DNA from: Nemertoderma westbladi | Lineage: Eukaryota; Animalia; Xenacoelomorpha | Assembly (NCBI GenBank): GCA_032718475.1 | Contig: JAUCBJ010005712.1 | Location: forward strand, 1-64,000 | Length of the DNA: 64,000 nucleotides | Direction: 5' to 3' | Shown here: positions 57,686-64,000 of the stretch, piece after piece | Position numbering within the stretch: the stretch's first letter is position 1 | Layout: every line of letters starts with the position of its first letter | The notes under the pieces: model-generated | Databases searched by the model: none | The model's input: only the letters and a program-made list of their open reading frames with translations | What the model was told of the DNA's origin: nothing | Translations under genes and position numbers: made by a program

Positions 57686-60002
57686 CGGGATCCGGTGGAG
57701 GAGACGCCTGTAGGTCTGGATCCGGTGGAGGAGACGCCTGTAAGCTGGGATCCGGTAGAGGAGAGGTCTGTAGGTCGGGATCTGGTGGAGGGGAGGTCTG
57801 TAGGCCGGAATCCGGTGTATGAGAGGTCTGTAGGCCGGGATCCGGTGGAGGTGAGGTCTGTAGGTCGGGATCCGGTGGAGGAGACGCCTGTAAGCTGGGA
57901 TCCGGTGTATGAGAGGTCTGTAGGCCGGGATCCGGTGGAGGTGAGGTCTGTAGGTCGGGATCCGGTGGAGGAGACGCCTGTAAGCTGGGATCCGGTAGAG
58001 GAGAGGTCTGTAGGCCGGGATCTGGTGGAGGAGAGGTCTGTAGGCCGGGATCCGGTGGAGGTGAGGACTGTAGGCCAAGATCCGGTGGAGGGGAGGCCTG
58101 TATGCCGGGATCCGGTGGAGGAGACGCCTGTAAGCCGGGATCCGGTAGAGGAGAGGTCTGTAGGCCGGGATCTGGTGGAGGGGAGGTCTGTAGGCCGGAA
58201 TCCGGTGAAGGATAGGTCTGTAGGTCAAGATCCGGTGGAGGGGAGGCCTGTATGCCGGGATCCGGTGGAGGGGAGGCCTGTATGCCGGGATCCGGTGGAG
58301 GGGAGGACTGTAGGCCGGGACCCGGTGGAGGAGACGCCTGTAAGCTGGGATCCGGTTGAGGATACGTCTGTAGGCCGGGATCCGGTGGAGGAGACGTCTG
58401 TAGGCCGGGATCCGGTGGAGGATAGGCCTGTAGGCCGGGATCCGGTGGAGGGGAGGTCTGTAGGTCGGGATCTGGTGGAGGGGAGGTCTGTAGGCCGGAA
58501 TCCGGTGTATGAGAGGTCTGTAGGGCAGAATCCGGTTGAGGATACGTCTGTAGGCCGGGATCCGGTGGAGGAGACGTCTGTAGGCCGGGATCCGGTGGAG
58601 GATAGGCCTGTAGGCCGGGATCCGGTGGAGGGGAGGTCTGTAGGTCGGGATCCGGTGGAGGAGAGGTCTGTAGGCCGGGATCCGGTGGAGGGGAGGTCTG
58701 TAGGTCGGGATCTGGTGGAGGAGACGCCTGTAGGCCGGGATCCGGTGGAGGAGAGGCCTAGACCAGGACCCGGTGGAGGAGAGGTATGTAAGCCGGGATC
58801 CGGTGAAGGATAGGTCTGTATCCCGGGATCCGGTGAAGGATAGGACTGTATGCCGGGATCCGGTGGATGATAGGTCTGTATGCCGGGATCCGGTGAAGGA
58901 GAGGTCTGTAGGCCGGGATCCGGTGGAGGGGAGGTCTGTAGGCCGGGATCCGGTGGAGGGGAGGCCTGTAGGCCGGGATCCGGTGGAGGAGAGGCCTAGA
59001 CCAGGACCCGGTGGAGGAGAGGTATGTAAGCCGGGATCCGGTGAAGGATAGGTCTGTATGCCGGGATCCGGTGAAGGATAGGACTGTATGCCGGGATCCG
59101 GTGGAGGAGAGGTCTGTAGGCCGGGATCCGGTGAAGGATAGGTCTGTATGCCGGGATCCGGTGAAGGATAGGACTGTATGCCGGGATCCGGTGGAGGAGA
59201 GGTCTGTAGGCCGGGATCCGGTGGAGGAGAGGTCTGTAGGCCGGGATCCGGTGGAGGTGAGGTCTGTAGGCCGGGATCCGGTGGAGGATAGGTCTGTAGG
59301 TCAAGATCCGGTGGAGGGGAGGCCTGTATGCCGGGATCCGGTGGAGGGGAGGCCTGTATGAGGGAACCGGTGGAGGGGAGGACTGTAGGCCGGGACCCGG
59401 TGGAGGAGACGCCTGTAAGCTGGGATCCGGTAGAGGAGAGGTCTGTAGGCCGGGATCTGGTGGAGGTGAGGTCTGTAGGCCGGGATCCGGTGGAGGATAG
59501 GTCTGTAGGCCGGGATCCGGTGGAGGGGAGGCCTGTAGGCCGGGATCCGGTGGAGGAGAGGTCTGTAGGCCAGAATCCGGTTGAGGAGACGTCTGTAAGC
59601 TGGGATCCGGTAGAGGAGAGGTCTGTAGGCCGGGATCTGGTGGAGGTGAGGTCTGTAGGCCGGGATCCGGTGGAGGATAGGTCTGTAGGCCGGGATCCGG
59701 TGGAGGGGAGGCCTGTATGCCGGGATCCGGTGGAGGGGAGGACTGTAGGCCGGGACCCGGTGGAGGAGAAGCCTGTAAGCTGGGATCCGGTAGAGGAGAG
59801 GTCTGTAGGCCGGGATCTGGTGGAGGTGAGGTCTGTAGGCCGGGATCCGGTGGAGGATAGGTCTGTATGCCGGGATCCGGTGGAGGGGAGGTCTGAAGGC
59901 CGCGATCCGGTGAAGGTTAGGTCTGTATGCCGGGATCCGGTGGCGGATAGGTCTGTATGCCGGGATCCGGTGGAGGAGAGGTCTGTAGGCCGCGATCCGG
60001 TG
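57686..60002. repeat. 30-bp G-rich minisatellite (about 77 units)
   Basis: Consensus CGGGATCCGGTGGAGGAGAGGTCTGTAGGC with higher-order variant blocks; GGATCCAA sub-repeats follow to about 60150. Confidence 0.97.
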
Positions 60003-61153
60003 AATTCCGGATTCGGTGACACCGGCGGATCCAAAGTCCACGGTGGATCCATTGGACGTGGATCCAATGGTGATGGATCCAAATTCCAGACAGGGCGAGG
60101 GGGTGGATCCAAAGGTGATGGATCCAAAGTGCAGACAGGGCGAGGGCGGCATTTACCAAACCGTAGAAAACACGGATATCCAGTATATCTCTCAATCGGA
60201 ACATTTCCAACTGCTGTGGTGCTAATAACTCGCTTTGTTTATGTTTATGTATGTATCTCTATCTATATTGCATAGTCCTGGATATATACTGTATATACTT
60301 TTCGAATACGAATACATACAGCCCATGCTCCATTGTACTTGCACAAACTCGCATTGCAATACATAATTGATGAGATGTAATGATAGTCCAAGTCCAGCAC
60401 AGTATGTATGTTTAAGGTCACTGTCATCTTTTGCTATGCGACTCTGCATATCGGCCACTTATTATGTTTAAAGATTAGTAGTTATATAGTTAGTTATATA
60501 ATGGACTTTGTATTGCTCTATTTGATTGTCCTGTAGAACCCATCTGTGTCGCTTATTCCCTACAGGGTGGTCCCATATGGTAAGATTATCTTAGTAATTT
60601 GGATTTGTGTACTGAAACGTATATCATTTAATCCAAAAGAAATAATCCATCCCCCATATTTAAGACTAATGTAAAACTCCCGTAACAATGGTAACATAAA
60701 TCTTTGTAATTAATGATGACCCGTATTTAACTTTATCTTATTCTAAATGTAAGCTGTTCATTAAATGAAAACATTCGATTTAACATAATCTTAGTTAGTA
60801 GGTTTAGACATTATGTCGCGGGTCGTTGGTTTTACTATTTTTAAAATTATAAAGGCAAACGAAGTAGAAAAATCGAAGAGGTCACTTATGGTGACCCCAC
60901 CCCCTTTAAAAGTTTTGTTCAACTCTGGGGAAGGGCTTTTTAATTAAAATTTCGGAACACGTGGGCGATGGCCCCTTGTCACCTTTTTAATAATCTACAC
61001 CCAACCCTTGGAAGGGTTCAAGGGTTGTTAAAATATCATATAAATTGACTGTATTAAAGGGCGAACAAAATTATTACATAATTAAATAGGAAATAATTAA
61101 ACCTTATATACCAGGCTTGGTATATATCGATCTGTCCGTATGTCAAAACTTAC

Positions 61154-61361
61154 TAATTCGGGATCGGAAGGTATTCTAGAAAGATAATCGAAGAACTCGT
61201 TATTGTCAACGGCGTTGGGTTTCCTCAACTTCTTTGTAAATTTATTGATACCCCAGGCGAGAACAAGGTACCTCAAGGGAATAACATACAGCACAATGGT
61301 CGCAAGTGTTAGCACAAACAGAGCCAGCCAGGCGGAGAAGGAAACACTCCAGTTTACAGAA
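61154..61361 (-). CDS. MCTP: Exon of a multiple C2 and transmembrane domain protein (C-terminal transmembrane region)
   Basis: AG/GT-bounded; NSVNWSVSFSAWLALFVLTLATIVLYVIPLRYLVLAWGINKFTKKLRKPNAVDNNEFFDYLSRIPSDPEL matches the MCTP1/2 signature IPLRY..L.WGINKFTKKLR.P..IDNNE.LDFLSR.PSD. Confidence 0.9.
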
Positions 61362-61951
61362 CTATAACAAAAAAATCATAATTATATAAAAAGATAGTTT
61401 GTTGTGGCATTGCTTGCTTTCCATCAGTCAATCATGATTACATTTAATGATGAACAATTTTGATATAATAATAATAATATAATCTTTCCATACAAACTTG
61501 TTTGCTAAGAGGTATGTTGGGATGTTGTTGATTCAAATTGATGATTAACTTAATTAACAATGTGAATAAAAGATGGTCCAATTGTATTTCAGTGAATCAA
61601 CTATGGTCCAATTGTATTTCAGCTCATTATTTATTCTGGAAGTCAGATTATAATAAAAACTATATCAGAAAAAGAAAGGATGAATAAATAACTAAATTAA
61701 TCGGGCCTTCAGGGACAAAGCATCTTTATATCACATCAAATATTACATGAACTGTGCTCATTAATGTTTCAATACAATAACCATTGTTAGCCAGCTTCGC
61801 TCAGTTGGAAAGTCAGTGTACAGTTGACAAAATACATAAAGTGATAGGAGTACTATAACGATAAAACAAACTGAAATGTTTGATAATTGTATTGAACTTT
61901 GAAGGTAATAACAAAAACTTGATTTGAATAGCACATAAATGCTTTACTTAC

Positions 61952-62100
61952 TTTTTCATTTGTTCAAAGAAAGACGCGGCGGAATCCAGTCCTTCCTGCA
62001 CCTGCAGACAGATTTCGGAAATTGTCTTCAACTTTTGGGAAATACTTTGCTTGTCTTGAGATCCGTCGTCGTCCTCATCGTCTTCCTCTTCAACATACAT
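61952..62100 (-). CDS. MCTP: Preceding exon of the MCTP-family gene
   Basis: TTTTATTTAG|...|GTAAGT; MYVEEEDDEDDDGSQDKQSISQKLKTISEICLQVQEGLDSAASFFEQMK; the phase-2 junction is compatible with the next exon. Confidence 0.85.
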
Positions 62101-62107
62101 CTAAATA

Positions 62108-63185
62108 AAATTAGTATAATCAGCAGATAATTAGTATAATTAACAGATAATTAGTATAATTAGCAGATAATTAGTATAATTAGCAAATAATTAGTATAAT
62201 TAGCAGATAATTAGTATAATTAGCGGAGTATAATCAGCAGATAATTAGTATAATTAACAGATAATTAGTATAATTAGCAGATAATTAGTATAATTAGCAG
62301 ATAATTAGTATAATTAGCAGATAATTAGTATAATCAGCAGATAATTAGTATAATTAACAGATAATTAGTATAATTAGCAGATAATTAGTATAATCAGCAG
62401 ATAATTAGTATAATTAGCAGATAATTAGTATAATTAGCAGATAATTAGTATAATTAGCAGATAATTAGTATAATTAGCGGAGTATAATCAGCAGATAATT
62501 AGTATAATTAACAGATAATTAGTATAAATAGCAGATAATTAGTATAATTAACAGATAATTAGTATAATTAGCAGATAATTAGTATAATTAGCAGATAATT
62601 AGTATAATTAGCGGAGTATAATCAGCAGATAATTAGTATAATTAACAGATAATTAGTATAATTAGCAGATAATTAGTATAATTAGCGGAGTATAATCAGC
62701 AGATAATTAGTATAATTAACAGATAATTAGTATAATTACCAGATAAAAAGTATAATTTGAGAATAATTAGTAAAATTAGCAGATAATTAGTATAATTGGC
62801 AGATAATTAGTATAATTAGCAGATAATTAGTATAATTAACAGATAATTAGTATAATTAGCAGATAATTAGTATAATTAGCAGATTATTAGTATAATTAGC
62901 AGATAAAAAGTATAATTAGCAGATAATTAGTATAATTAGCAGATAATTAGTATAATTAGCAGATAATTAGTATAATTAGCAGATAATTAGTATAATTAGC
63001 AAATAATTAGTATAAATAGCAGATAATTAGTATAAATAGCAGATAATTAGTATAATTAGCATATAATTAGTATAATTAGAAGACAATTAGTATAATCAAC
63101 AAATAATTAGTATAATTAGCAAATAATTAGTATAATTAATTTGCAAAAAATTAGTTTAATTAGCAAATCTTATAATTAGTAAAAT
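62108..63185. repeat. 20-bp AT-rich minisatellite (about 50 units) in the MCTP intron
   Basis: ATAATTAGTATAATTAGCAG tandem units. Confidence 0.96.
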
Positions 63186-63397
63186 TTGCACAGCAAAAAC
63201 GAGGTGTTGAAAAACAACCGAGCTCAGGCCCTCAGGATCTCGTTACTAGGGAATATATCACTCTGATGAATTATTTCACTATAAGGTAGCATTTGTAGTT
63301 TAACTTTAACGTAAAAACTTTTGAAAATCCGACGTATTTTGATTAAGTTACAGTAATGTAATATGCCTATTCATATTTGTACACATAAAACCCTTAG

Positions 63398-63480
63398 GTA
63401 CTCTCGTGGCGTAGTGGTCAGATGGTTAAGGCGTTGGTTACATTACGTAGGTTACGAGTTCGAATCCCAGTCGGGAAATT
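63398..63480 (+). mobile_element. tRNA-derived SINE head
   Basis: A box TGGCGTAGTGG (about 63407) and B box GAGTTCGAATCC (63456-63467); no clean cloverleaf. Confidence 0.55.
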
Positions 63481-63504
63481 TGTATTTTGGGGCCATTTAT
63501 TTTC

Positions 63505-63930
63505 GTGTGGTGCTAATTGGTAGGCCAATGAGAAGCGTACAACGTAGCGAATAATGAGCCAGGCCAATCATAGGGCATAAATTATCTTATTGCTCAAATG
63601 TGAGGCAGTGGAAAATTCTGTTAGGATTCCATGTCCCAGATTTAGTGTAAGGGCCGGACTGCGTTGAACGATGAGCTGGGCCAATCATAGGGCACGAAGC
63701 ACTTCATTGCTCAATTGTGAAGCTGTGGAAATTTCTGTTTAGTTTCCATGTGCAATTTCTAGTATAAAAAGGCCGGTTTGCCTTCGGTTATCACCTCAGT
63801 ACCAAACCTCATACCTTGTGTTACACTCTCTTATTCTTGTAAAATTTAGTTTATTCGGTTTCTTGTTGAAACTTCGTTTTGATAAATCCTTTGTAAAACT
63901 GTAAATATACTGCAATTTCCTGACATGTTT
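63505..63930 (+). repeat. LTR-like sequence with two ~118-bp direct repeats, CCAAT boxes and a TATA box
   Basis: ATGAGC..GGCCAATCATAGGGCA..TTGCTCAA..GTGGAAA..CCATGT at about 63554 and 63672; TATAAAA at about 63764. No partner LTR in the window. Confidence 0.35.
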
Positions 63931-64000
63931 TCTTTTGGTCCGACTTCGGGACAGCCGAACACCAGGGAGATGGCAGCCTAGACCGTTAGGCCGTAAGCAA

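Noticed and set aside
57665-60275. Long ORFs (382, 818, 315 and 283 aa) as real repeat proteins
   Set aside because: They are a by-product of a stop-free 30-bp unit. They are open on both strands and several frames, broken by 29-bp units, and have no start context or unique domain.
60222-60600. Terminal coding exon of the MCTP gene
   Set aside because: No candidate with a convincing acceptor and recognisable MCTP C-terminal residues was found by eye.
63255-63300. Second hammerhead at CTGATGA (also near 26311)
   Set aside because: No stem II followed by GAAA.

Overview
Repeat-rich, AT-rich eukaryotic (invertebrate-like) genomic DNA. It carries two head-to-head amplification-adapter dimers (4-55, 57283-57334), so it is probably chimeric at those points. 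Two related, unusually large Bel/Pao LTR retrotransposons dominate the window: copy 1 at 56-19907 (5'-truncated, internally rearranged) and copy 2 at 27172-42799 (complete, TG..CA LTRs, 5-bp TSD GTGTT). Both gag-pol ORFs are disrupted. Between them lie two tandem Helitrons, one holding a 146-bp array of CTCF-like motifs and one holding an intron-containing RepHel remnant. Downstream are a fibrinogen-related (FReD) gene whose last exon is split by a Chapaev-like non-autonomous transposon, LINE and gag remnants, a tRNA-head/hammerhead element inside inverted repeats, several minisatellites and two exons of an MCTP-family gene on the minus strand. The most striking signal is that neither Bel/Pao copy has a tRNA primer-binding site. 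Instead, the 11-12 nt directly after the 5' LTR are the exact complement of a conserved motif inside the LTR, with an apparent compensatory indel between the copies. This suggests Tf1-style self-priming in a Bel/Pao lineage. The same elements carry a third, non-env ORF region with shared ends and different middles, one of which encodes three zinc knuckles. All alignments and translations were done by eye; no database searches were run.
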